A DNA stretch of 34,425 bases, from positions 1 to 34,425 of the IMG/VR virus record IMGVR_UViG_3300011441_000027, one strand, 5' to 3'. Each line of letters starts with the position of its first letter. The first letter of the stretch is position 1. The notes under the pieces are model-generated. The model searched no databases. It saw only the letters and a program-made list of their open reading frames with translations, and was not told the DNA's origin. The translations under genes were made by a program, and so were the position numbers. This document shows, one piece after another, positions 1 through 7,079 of this stretch. This stretch comes from a virus (taxonomy: Duplodnaviria; Caudoviricetes).

Positions 1-201
1 GTTCCACCCTTTGGCGAACTCCTCTGTGCGCTTCCTGTATAGATCGCCGTCAACAGGATCGTAGAGGTCGTGTGTCAGTGCGTAGTGCTCGCCAATCTCA
101 AAGTCACCATGGATGGTGTAGACCAGGAATTTAGTGCCGTCAGTTGGAGCCGTTTCAATCGGCTGCCAAGTGAGGCGCTGTTCAGTGGTCCGCTCGCTCA
201 T
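1..201 (-). CDS. DUF551-like small phage protein (runs off the window edge)
   Basis: Manual translation MSERTTEQRLTWQPIETAPTDGTKFLVY...; the WQPIETAPxDG motif is typical of DUF551-like phage proteins; ATGA overlap with the upstream ORF; not in the ORF track. Confidence 0.65.
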   Translation of the reverse strand, partial: MSERTTEQRLTWQPIETAPTDGTKFLVYTIHGDFEIGEHYALTHDLYDPVDGDLYRKRTEEFAKGWN

Positions 202-356
202 CTCAGGTCCCCCATGATCTCGATAAGGTCGTCTATGGCGTCCTGCTCGCTGCGCCCGCTGCCGACGTAGCAGTCGTCCTTTTCGTCGTAGTACGCGATC
301 CAGTCGAAGTCTCGCTTTGGCATCGGCGTCGGGTCGTACCTCGTGATGATCTTCAC
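198..356 (-). CDS. Hypothetical phage protein, 52 aa
   Basis: Manual translation MKIITRYDPTPMPKRDFDWIAYYDEKDDCYVGSGRSEQDAIDDLIEIMGDLR; GTG start with GGGAG RBS; stop overlaps the next start. Confidence 0.65.
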   Translation of the reverse strand: MKIITRYDPTPMPKRDFDWIAYYDEKDDCYVGSGRSEQDAIDDLIEIMGDLR

Positions 357-418
357 TTGTCACTCCCGGACTGTGGTACCGCTGTTGTGTACGCCTTCAT
401 TTGATACAACCGTCCGTC

Positions 419-913
419 TCAATCCATCTCGATCGTGATGCGCTTCGACACGTGCGACCACGCCGTGCCGCACCACTCGTCGAGCAACGCGCGGCAGTGT
501 TCGTAGCGCGGGCGTAGGAAGCGCGGCCAGTTCGCTGCGGGAAGCTGGATGAGATCAGGCCACGCCTCACTGGCGCGCAGCAATTGCCAGACGCGTGGCG
601 CACGACTCATGCAGAAGTCTTCAAACAGGGCGAGGCGCGCGAGGCGCGCCAAGTAGTGATGACCGCCGACGCGCACCGGCCAGTCTTCGCGCTGCGCGAC
701 GAGTGAGATGGACACCTTGAGATTATCGAAGAGGCACGGGTACACGCTATCATCGCCCGCGAACCGATAGGCGAACGCGCAGTAATAGCGCTCCTGAAGA
801 CCACCGCAGGCATGCGCGGCGTCCGCTGCAGTCCACTCTGGGATGCCACCGGGTACGTGGTCGAGATCAATGCCGAGAACTGCTGAGCGCGCCATGAGCT
901 CATCGGGTCTCAC
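419..913 (-). CDS. Hypothetical protein, 164 aa, possibly a Q-like antiterminator/late regulator
   Basis: 3' part of track ORF 419..1264; GTG at 913 overlaps the stop of the VRR-NUC gene (GTGA); size, helical character and position after a resolvase-like gene fit Q-like genes, but no diagnostic motif confirmed. Confidence 0.5.
   Translation of the reverse strand: MRPDELMARSAVLGIDLDHVPGGIPEWTAADAAHACGGLQERYYCAFAYRFAGDDSVYPCLFDNLKVSISLVAQREDWPVRVGGHHYLARLARLALFEDFCMSRAPRVWQLLRASEAWPDLIQLPAANWPRFLRPRYEHCRALLDEWCGTAWSHVSKRITIEMD
887..907. repeat. 21-bp near-identical repeat, copy 1 (GCGCGCCATGAGCTCATCGGG)
   Basis: 20/21 match to 2320..2340; contains palindrome ATGAGCTCAT. Confidence 0.8.
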
Positions 914-1260
914 TGTCTCATCGCATCCAGGTTGCGTTCGACATCTGACTTTGTCCTCCACACCCACCAGGGTGCGCCGCGTTCCACGCACCACCGCATG
1001 AAGCGGCGCTGCTGCGGAGTGTACTCGTGTTTCGCGCCCTCGCGTTCGCCCGTCTTGATCTCCACGGGCATCCATTTGCCGAGACGCGGGCACCAGCACC
1101 AGCCCTCCAGCGGGCCGACGCGCACGAAGTGCCCGCCGAGGTGAAGCGCGTGCTCGACGAGCTCGCCGTGATTGGCGTCGAGCTGCATTGGTTTCTGCCC
1201 GCGCGCGCTCGCGAGGAACTCCAAGTCTTTCTGAATGCGACGGCGAGGCGGATAACCCAT
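910..1260 (-). CDS. VRR-NUC / PD-(D/E)xK nuclease (resolvase-like)
   Basis: DANHGELV...VEIKT...YTPQQRRF...W pattern typical of single-domain phage VRR-NUC proteins. Confidence 0.75.
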   Translation of the reverse strand: MGYPPRRRIQKDLEFLASARGQKPMQLDANHGELVEHALHLGGHFVRVGPLEGWCWCPRLGKWMPVEIKTGEREGAKHEYTPQQRRFMRWCVERGAPWWVWRTKSDVERNLDAMRQ

Positions 1261-1659
1261 TCACTCCTCCACGTTGATCACGAAATCACCCCACTGGATG
1301 ACATCGCCTGCGCGCAGCAAGGAATGAGCGAGCTGGAACGGCTCGGCGAGCTGATACCCCCACACCCTAGACTGCAGCTGGACGTCGCACCACTCTGCGC
1401 TGCCGCCGCGCGAGACGATGACGAGCTCGACGTCGGCAGCCGTATAACTGCCCTGGCGGTTGGTCATGAAGTTGACGCGCGCCGAGGCGAGCGTCAGCCG
1501 CGTGTTGTCTAGCAGCCTGATATAGCCGACCGCGCGCCCCGTCACGATGGAGATGCCGAGCGCGCGGACGATGTCGCGTCTGTTGATCGCAATGCTGCGC
1601 ATGGGATGCCAGCCCTCGGGCTCGAAGCAGCGGTTGCCGGTTGAACGCAGCGTGCTCAC
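1261..1659 (-). CDS. Hypothetical beta-rich protein, paralog B, 132 aa
   Basis: 3' part of track ORF 1261..1827; GTG at 1659 overlaps the upstream stop; aligns by eye with 1656..2132. Confidence 0.7.
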   Translation of the reverse strand: MSTLRSTGNRCFEPEGWHPMRSIAINRRDIVRALGISIVTGRAVGYIRLLDNTRLTLASARVNFMTNRQGSYTAADVELVIVSRGGSAEWCDVQLQSRVWGYQLAEPFQLAHSLLRAGDVIQWGDFVINVEE

Positions 1660-2132
1660 GCACTTATAGTCATGATGAATTGACCCCACCGGATCATATC
1701 GCCTGATTTGAGGTAGGGACTGGAGAGCTTCACGTCTTCGCCAATTTTGAAACCCCAGGCGCGCGTGCGTAGATGCAAGTAGCACCAGTCTGCAACGCCT
1801 GTGCCGAGCACGGGCGTCTCGAAGCACTCCGCCACGTACGTGCCATGCCTTGTGGCTATCAATTCAACTGGACTTAGTGCGAGCACCGTCGGAACCGGCC
1901 CTATGCCAACTATAGAGACAGTTGCGGGCACGCGACCGGTGACAATTGCAGCGCCGACTTCCTTAATGAATTGAGGACGCGTTATCTCGAAGCGGTTGGC
2001 GTCCATCACGCCGTCGATGCGCTTGTGAAAGCTGCGCGTCTCTTTCCACACATTCGCGGCGGCGTTGGTATCGAAGTTGTCTAACGTGAGAAGCCACGGC
2101 TCACCTAGCGGCTGCGGCTCAATGATCGACAT
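1656..2132 (-). CDS. Hypothetical beta-rich protein, paralog A, 158 aa
   Basis: ATG at 2132 with AGGAG RBS; shares IVTGR, RxGxYxA, GxAxWC, RxWG and LxxGDxIxWGxF with the downstream gene. Confidence 0.7.
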   Translation of the reverse strand: MSIIEPQPLGEPWLLTLDNFDTNAAANVWKETRSFHKRIDGVMDANRFEITRPQFIKEVGAAIVTGRVPATVSIVGIGPVPTVLALSPVELIATRHGTYVAECFETPVLGTGVADWCYLHLRTRAWGFKIGEDVKLSSPYLKSGDMIRWGQFIMTISA

Positions 2133-2355
2133 TGAGTAGCTCCTGCTGCGCTGGCTCCTCAACCTGCAGACTGAGGTGCGCACCGACGCCCGCCGACGTT
2201 TTCAGCCACGCGCGCACGACGTACTCCTTGCCGCCGACGCGCAGCTTGCCGCGATGCGTAGCCTCTTCACGACTCTGCCGATCAGCGTTAGGGTACAGAT
2301 AGCCGCAGTTGTCTATGTCGCGTGCCATGAGCTCATCGGGCTTCTTGTCAGGCAC
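2119..2355 (-). CDS. Small DUF736-like / putative ssDNA-binding protein
   Basis: NCGYLYPNADR...HRGKLRVGGKEYVVRAWLK...HLSLQV resembles the common phage NxGxLFxN...xGxxxVxGxEYxxxAW family; GTG start overlaps the Cro gene end. Confidence 0.55.
   Translation of the reverse strand: MPDKKPDELMARDIDNCGYLYPNADRQSREEATHRGKLRVGGKEYVVRAWLKTSAGVGAHLSLQVEEPAQQELLNVDH
2320..2340. repeat. 21-bp near-identical repeat, copy 2 (GCGTGCCATGAGCTCATCGGG)
   Basis: 20/21 match to 887..907. Confidence 0.8.
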
Positions 2356-2548
2356 GCTTTTCTCTCGGGTAGAGATCGGGTCGCAGCACGTGTCGGCTGA
2401 CGCCTGTGAGCGCTTCCACGCGCAATACTTTGTTCGCCGGGCACCCGCGATCGCGCCACGCTTCGACCGCCTGTCTGGAGACGCCCAGCTCTTTCGCGAG
2501 CCTACGGCTGCCCCCACCCTGTTTGATTGCACGACTGACTGGCGACAT
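2348..2548 (-). CDS. Cro/YdaS-like HTH transcriptional regulator
   Basis: AIKQGGGSRRLAKELGVSRQAVEAW...VSRHVLRPDLY is a typical YdaS/Cro signature; ATG at 2548 preferred over the track start. Confidence 0.88.
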   Translation of the reverse strand: MSPVSRAIKQGGGSRRLAKELGVSRQAVEAWRDRGCPANKVLRVEALTGVSRHVLRPDLYPREKRA

Positions 2549-2556
2549 GGGCCGCG

Positions 2557-2585
2557 ACTCTACGCCCGGCAACGTGAGGTTGCAA
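2557..2585 (-). promoter_or_regulatory. Sigma70-like leftward promoter for the cro-like gene (nearly leaderless)
   Basis: TTGCAA (2585-2580), 17-bp spacer, TAGAGT (2562-2557); only 8 nt between the -10 and the ATG; no RBS. Confidence 0.6.
2569..2583. promoter_or_regulatory. Putative operator O1, GCAAC-N5-GTTGC
   Basis: GCAACGTGAGGTTGC overlaps the shared -35 box. Confidence 0.7.
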
Positions 2586-2607
2586 TACCGTGACTCCGGC
2601 GTATGAT
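2580..2607 (+). promoter_or_regulatory. Sigma70-like rightward promoter
   Basis: TTGCAA (2580-2585), 16-bp spacer, TATGAT (2602-2607); GAGG RBS then ATG at 2637. Confidence 0.6.
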
Positions 2608-2609
2608 GT

Positions 2610-2624
2610 GCAACCCCAAGTTGC
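2610..2624. promoter_or_regulatory. Putative operator O2, GCAAC-N5-GTTGC
   Basis: GCAACCCCAAGTTGC lies over the predicted rightward transcription start. Confidence 0.7.
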
Positions 2625-2636
2625 GAGGATCACGTC

Positions 2637-2843
2637 ATGGCAGAGCCACGCCTTTATCTCGTCAGAATCGACCAGCCCGCGACATTTCTGGTGCGCGCGT
2701 ACTCACGCGGCGGCGCGCGCCGCTACGCCGCGCAGAAGGCTGTGACTGCGATAGCGCCAACCCAGGAGCAACTCATCGAGTGCGGCGTCCTGCAGATTCC
2801 AGTGATAGACGCGACGCTGCCGACAACGGATGACGACTCATGA
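2637..2843 (+). CDS. Hypothetical phage protein, 68 aa
   Basis: RBS; first gene after the promoter; ATGA overlap with the next gene. Confidence 0.7.
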   Translation: MAEPRLYLVRIDQPATFLVRAYSRGGARRYAAQKAVTAIAPTQEQLIECGVLQIPVIDATLPTTDDDS

Positions 2844-3607
2844 GCACCGACGTCATCGTTCCGTTTTCACAAATCGAGCGCATGGCGGCGGCAGTCGCCA
2901 AGTCGGGTCTGTTCGGCATGAAGACGCCTGATCAGGCGCTCGCGCTCATGCTGCAGGCGCAGGCCGAGGGTTATCACCCCGCGCTCGCCGCGCGCGACTT
3001 TCACATCATTCAAGGCCGACCCGCGTTGAAAGCGGACACCATGCTCGCGCGCTTCCAGGCGGCTGGCGGTAAGGTTGAGTGGCTCGAATACACCGACAAC
3101 AAGGTTGTCGGAAAATTCTCGCACCCACAGGCGGGGACCGTGACGGTCGACTGGGACATGGCACGCGCAGCGCGCGTCACCTACTACGACAAGGACTCGG
3201 GAAAGCAGGTGCCACTCACACAGAAGGACGTGTGGCGGCAGTACGGTCGCGCGATGCTTCGCGCTCGCGTCATTTCCGAGGGCGTGCGCACGTGTTTTCC
3301 TGGTGTTGCCGTGGGCGTGTACACCGTCGAAGAGGCACATGACATCTTGCCGGAAAAGGACGTCACGCCGGAGCGCCCGCGTCTCGCTGCGGCGGTCATG
3401 CAAGCCACGCGTGCAAAGTGGGAACATCTCGAAGGCTGGGTCGCCGTGATAAACGCGGCCCCCGATCTCAAGGAACTGCGCAAGGTATTCGGCGAAGCCT
3501 ACGAGCAGGCGGTCGCCGCGCGCGACGGCGACGCCGTCTTGGAACTCAACGACGCATACGGTCAACGAAAACTGGCGCTAGAAGCGCCTCAGGAGAAGGT
3601 CACGTGA
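2840..3607 (+). CDS. RecT-like single-strand annealing recombinase
   Basis: AKSGLFG...ALALMLQAQAEG...HIIQGRPAL...W..Y.RAMLRARVISEGVRTCFPGV..GVYT.EE pattern of phage RecT-family proteins. Confidence 0.75.
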   Translation: MSTDVIVPFSQIERMAAAVAKSGLFGMKTPDQALALMLQAQAEGYHPALAARDFHIIQGRPALKADTMLARFQAAGGKVEWLEYTDNKVVGKFSHPQAGTVTVDWDMARAARVTYYDKDSGKQVPLTQKDVWRQYGRAMLRARVISEGVRTCFPGVAVGVYTVEEAHDILPEKDVTPERPRLAAAVMQATRAKWEHLEGWVAVINAAPDLKELRKVFGEAYEQAVAARDGDAVLELNDAYGQRKLALEAPQEKVT

Positions 3608-3837
3608 GTATCAGAGTTATCGAAGCTCTTGGCGTGCTCGGCAAGCAGGTATGCGATCCCGTCACGGCCATCGCGGGCACCGTAGTCTCAGTCAGCTTTG
3701 ATCTGGACGGCTCGATTGGAGCACTCGTCACGCCCAAGGCTGGTGCGGACAACAAGTATCCGGAGCGCAACTGGATTCCAATTGAGCGCCTCGACATAGG
3801 CGGTCGAGTGGTGTCGCCACCAGAGTTCGAGATGTAG
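3604..3837 (+). CDS. Hypothetical phage protein, 77 aa
   Basis: GTG at 3604 overlaps the upstream stop; LGxxVxDxVTxxxGxV...WxxxERL pattern seen in small phage proteins. Confidence 0.65.
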   Translation: MSIRVIEALGVLGKQVCDPVTAIAGTVVSVSFDLDGSIGALVTPKAGADNKYPERNWIPIERLDIGGRVVSPPEFEM

Positions 3838-3839
3838 CG

Positions 3840-3932
3840 ATGAGCTGCGTTGCCATCGGCATCTCGTGCTACGCGCTGGGCTTCGCCGTCGCCTCGCTGC
3901 TCGCCTTCATAGTATTTGGTAGGAGATCATGA
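3840..3932 (+). CDS. 30-aa single-pass membrane peptide
   Basis: Manual translation MSCVAIGISCYALGFAVASLLAFIVFGRRS; fills the gap exactly, with ATGA overlap into the next gene. Confidence 0.5.
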   Translation: MSCVAIGISCYALGFAVASLLAFIVFGRRS

Positions 3933-4321
3933 AGCTCTACGTCATAGGTGGTAAGAGCGGGCCGATTAAAATTGGCATCTCACAGTCCCTCACCTTGAGA
4001 CTGAAGCAGCTTCAGACCGCCAGTCCAGTTAGGCTCTCAGTGTTATTCGCGATTGATGTTCCCGACGAAGCAGCGAGACAAGTGGAGGGGCACATTCACT
4101 CGACCCTGCGGATGTGGCTAGTGAACGGCGAGTGGTTCTCGTGCTCGGCAGACATGGCGATTGAGGAGATCATTAATAGTACGAAGTCGGTACGACCTAC
4201 GATGCAAGCGATGTGCGATTACTATAATGCTCTCATCGCACAAGGTGTGGAGCGTTGGGATGCCGTCGATCTGACGTACAGATGGGAGAGAGCAGCGACA
4301 CATAAGGGCATTGGCAAATGA
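3929..4321 (+). CDS. T5orf172/MUG113 (GIY-YIG superfamily) nuclease-like protein
   Basis: LYVI...IKIGIS...RLKQLQTASP...E..IH..L...NGEWF motif; AGGAG RBS. Confidence 0.8.
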   Translation: MKLYVIGGKSGPIKIGISQSLTLRLKQLQTASPVRLSVLFAIDVPDEAARQVEGHIHSTLRMWLVNGEWFSCSADMAIEEIINSTKSVRPTMQAMCDYYNALIAQGVERWDAVDLTYRWERAATHKGIGK

Positions 4322-4815
4322 AGCTATACGAAATCACCAAGCAGTTTGCTGAACTCAACACGCTCGCCGAGCAGGACGATCTATCAGACGAGATGATCGC
4401 CGACACGCTAGAAGGATTGCGCGGCGACTTTACCAGCAAGTCGGTCTCAGTCGGCAAGCTCATCAAGAATCTGGAGGCAGACGCACAGGCGATCGACGAG
4501 GCTGCGGCGACCATGCTGAACAGGGCGCAGCGCGTACGCAATCGCGCGGATCGCGTGCGCGCGTACCTGCTCTTCAATATGCAATCGGCTAGCATCACGC
4601 GCATCGAGTCGCCGTGGTTCGTGCTCGCCGTGCGCAAGAATCCGGAAGCCGTAGTGATCATGGAGGGCGCGCAGATACCTGACGAGTACATGGTGCAGCC
4701 GCCAGCGCCGCCGCCGCACGCCGATAAGAAGAAGTTGAAAGAGGCACTTCACGCCGGGGTGCATATTGACCGCGTGTATCTCGACCAGGGCGAGCGCCTG
4801 GACATCAAGTTATGA
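4318..4815 (+). CDS. Siphovirus Gp157 family protein
   Basis: MKLYEI...DTLEGL...IKNLEA coiled coil...RKNP.AV.I...IPDEY...DKKKLKEAL..G...L.Q.ERLDIK. Confidence 0.88.
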   Translation: MKLYEITKQFAELNTLAEQDDLSDEMIADTLEGLRGDFTSKSVSVGKLIKNLEADAQAIDEAAATMLNRAQRVRNRADRVRAYLLFNMQSASITRIESPWFVLAVRKNPEAVVIMEGAQIPDEYMVQPPAPPPHADKKKLKEALHAGVHIDRVYLDQGERLDIKL

Positions 4816-5003
4816 GTGAGGCGCGGCGCGTAAGTCACTGCCGATCCTGCGGCGCGGATATAGTTTGGCTGCCTACGGCGTCAGGTAAGTCGATGCCTGT
4901 TGACGCGTCGACTGTCGACGACGAAGACGAGCACTACGAACACAGCAAACACGTGAGCCACTTCGCCACGTGCCCGAGTGCTGACTGGTGGAGAAAACCA
5001 TGA
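4812..5003 (+). CDS. Small Zn-binding phage protein
   Basis: CRSCGADIVW...GKSMPVD...HFATCP. Confidence 0.75.
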   Translation: MSEARRVSHCRSCGADIVWLPTASGKSMPVDASTVDDEDEHYEHSKHVSHFATCPSADWWRKP

Positions 5004-5016
5004 GATTGCCGCAGCT

Positions 5017-5304
5017 ATGAGCGACTGCATCATTCAGCTGGCGCTGATTTGTCTGTTCGACCCGGCGAACGTGTCGCTTACCGGGGAGGCTCTCTGGAAG
5101 GTGGACGGCGACTATGACTTCTATTACGCCGGGGAAGTATACGACGGCTGGCATGGCTCGCTGAAGTTGGCAGTTGACGTGCCGGTGACGCCGACCTTCA
5201 CGATGCACTACGGCTTCGAGCATCGTAGTTACCTGAGTGCTGGCGATCGCGGATATGAAACCGCGAACGTTGGCTTCACATGGAGACCGTGGGCGCGACA
5301 ATGA
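5017..5304 (+). CDS. Putative small outer-membrane beta-strand protein, 95 aa
   Basis: Alternating hydrophobic strands, many aromatics, C-terminal VGFTWRPW; ATG at 5017 in frame with the track ORF. Confidence 0.55.
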   Translation: MSDCIIQLALICLFDPANVSLTGEALWKVDGDYDFYYAGEVYDGWHGSLKLAVDVPVTPTFTMHYGFEHRSYLSAGDRGYETANVGFTWRPWARQ

Positions 5305-5492
5305 AATGGGCACGCATCAATCGCAATAGCTTGGCGCAGTTCATGAAGACACGTCTGCGCTACGTGCACGTGAGCGCGCCGCTTGTCATTGTGCAGGTCC
5401 CAGGCACGGCGATGTTTAGAACAGTCCCTAAACGCCCAGGTATCACGTACAGGCGAAGCGCGAAAGTATGGCCGACCCGATCGCCCGTGTGA
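5301..5492 (+). CDS. Hypothetical basic protein, 63 aa
   Basis: ATGA overlap with the upstream stop. Confidence 0.5.
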   Translation: MKWARINRNSLAQFMKTRLRYVHVSAPLVIVQVPGTAMFRTVPKRPGITYRRSAKVWPTRSPV

Positions 5493-5683
5493 TTGAGCTC
5501 AACATGCGCCGCTTGCTGCGCGATGTGGCCCAACGCGCAGTCGTCATTCACCCCGCGTGGCTCGCGCGCGTCGGGGTGGGTGACGTCGTGGCATGGGCAA
5601 CTGAGCGCGGTATGGTGCTCAGCACGAGGCGACAACTCAGCGGGAGGGCGATATGCGTAGCTCACAAAACACTTGGCGACTGA
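5468..5683 (+). CDS. Hypothetical protein, 71 aa
   Basis: Continues operon tiling; no motif. Confidence 0.45.
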   Translation: MADPIARVIELNMRRLLRDVAQRAVVIHPAWLARVGVGDVVAWATERGMVLSTRRQLSGRAICVAHKTLGD

Positions 5684-5703
5684 TCACCGAAGAGGCAAGG
5701 CGC

Positions 5704-5859
5704 ATGCTAGCCAAGGTCTTCGTGTTGCCGTTGTCGAAAGGGTTTCAGATTGGGCCGACTCAGGACGAGCAGGCGCGTGCGTGGCGGGAGTTTAAGGAAG
5801 AGTTGGGACGTGAAGCGGAGAGACGAGAGCGCGAGAAGAGAGCCATCAGCCGTGAGTGA
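5704..5859 (+). CDS. Hypothetical protein, about 51 aa
   Basis: Fills the gap before the J-domain gene; start uncertain. Confidence 0.4.
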   Translation: MLAKVFVLPLSKGFQIGPTQDEQARAWREFKEELGREAERREREKRAISRE

Positions 5860-6502
5860 GATACAAGCGTACCCGCTGGCATGGCCTGCCGGTTGGCGGC
5901 GTACTCCGGTTCATCGAAGAGTGCGCGCAAAGTTCGGCACTAAGGAGCGGCGCTACGGGTCGTCAAATAGTGACGGCACGCGCAGCACGTGGCGGGACTC
6001 GAAGCAACTGACCGTACCGCAGGCTTGTGATCGAGTGCTTAAGGAACTTCAGACGTTCGGTGCCAACGAGGCGAACGTGGTGATCTCCACCAACGTGCGT
6101 CCTACACTTTCCGGACTGCCGCGCGGCAACGAGCGGAGTCCTGATGACCCAGGCGTGGCGATCTACTGGATACGAAGAGGCGAGAAGCAGAGATGCATGG
6201 CTACCGACCGCTATGATCGCGTGGCAGACAATCTGGCGGCTCTAGCTGCGACGCTTTCCGCCATGCGAGCGATCGAGCGTCACGGCGGCGCAGAAATTCT
6301 CGACCGCGCGTTCACTGGCTTCCAAGCGCTGCCAGCGCCGGAGCAGTGGTGGCAGGTACTCGGTGTCGCCTACGGCGCGACGCACGAGGAGATCGAGCAG
6401 GCGTACAAGCGCCTCGCCATGGAGCATCACCCTGATCGTGGCGGCGATTCAGACAAGATGGCCCGCATCAATGCAGCGCGCGATCTAGCGCTGATGACGT
6501 GA
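5852..6502 (+). CDS. Phage J-domain (DnaJ-like C-terminal) protein
   Basis: N-terminal YPLAWPAGWRRT; C-terminal WWQVLGV...AYKRLAMEHHPDRGG...INAA with intact HPD; GTG start at 5852. Confidence 0.88.
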   Translation: MSEIQAYPLAWPAGWRRTPVHRRVRAKFGTKERRYGSSNSDGTRSTWRDSKQLTVPQACDRVLKELQTFGANEANVVISTNVRPTLSGLPRGNERSPDDPGVAIYWIRRGEKQRCMATDRYDRVADNLAALAATLSAMRAIERHGGAEILDRAFTGFQALPAPEQWWQVLGVAYGATHEEIEQAYKRLAMEHHPDRGGDSDKMARINAARDLALMT

Positions 6503-6505
6503 GCT

Positions 6506-6778
6506 TCAATCAGCGTTGATCCACGCGGCGAGTGCGTGCTGATCAGCGCTGCATTTCGCGTACGCCACCATGTTTGCCACCCAGCAGCCCTGAATCAAGG
6601 CGAGTTGGTCTTCGAGTTCCAGATTGGCTGCCTCCTCGCGCACCTTGCAGGTGAGCGGGCACAACGCCATGGACTCAATCGGCTTCGCGCGGGACGGCGC
6701 GATCGGCGGCGCTGGCGGAGTCGTTGAACACGCTGAACACATCAGCACCGATGCGAGGATCAGGGCAAGTCTCTCCAT
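6506..6778 (-). CDS. Rz1: Outer-membrane spanin (lipoprotein)
   Basis: Signal peptide with lipobox-like CSAC, Pro-rich linker, several Cys; overlaps the 3' end of the i-spanin in another frame. Confidence 0.75.
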   Translation of the reverse strand: MERLALILASVLMCSACSTTPPAPPIAPSRAKPIESMALCPLTCKVREEAANLELEDQLALIQGCWVANMVAYAKCSADQHALAAWINAD

Positions 6779-7079
6779 TGGGCATCACCTTGTCGCGGTA
6801 GACGATTCGTGTGACCACGCGTGCCTGGACGTCGGCGAGCTCCATGGCTGCCGTATTGGCGCGCGTGGTGAGCGCAGCGCGTTCCTTTTCCCACATGCGC
6901 TGCTTGATGTCGTGGTCGACGATCGCGCGCTCCTGGGCCACGCGTGCGTCCTCTGTGGCGTCTTTCAGCGAGGCGTCCCAGCGCCAGCCCTGGACTTGCC
7001 ATGCGAGAAAGCCGCCAGCGACGAGTGCGGCAGCGCCGACGATGACGTGTGATTGAAACGGAATGGGCATGGCTATCAC
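6675..7079 (-). CDS. Rz: Inner-membrane spanin
   Basis: N-terminal TM ending WQVQGWRW, coiled coil, then VTRIVYRD...C; last genes of the lysis cassette. Confidence 0.75.
   Translation of the reverse strand: MIAMPIPFQSHVIVGAAALVAGGFLAWQVQGWRWDASLKDATEDARVAQERAIVDHDIKQRMWEKERAALTTRANTAAMELADVQARVVTRIVYRDKVMPNGETCPDPRIGADVFSVFNDSASAADRAVPREAD

Noticed and set aside
914-1264. N-terminal 116 codons of track ORF 419..1264
   Set aside because: Arg-rich alternate frame over the VRR-NUC gene; a coupled GTG start at 913 is more plausible
2867-3565. 232-aa minus-strand ORF
   Set aside because: Antisense shadow of the RecT-like gene
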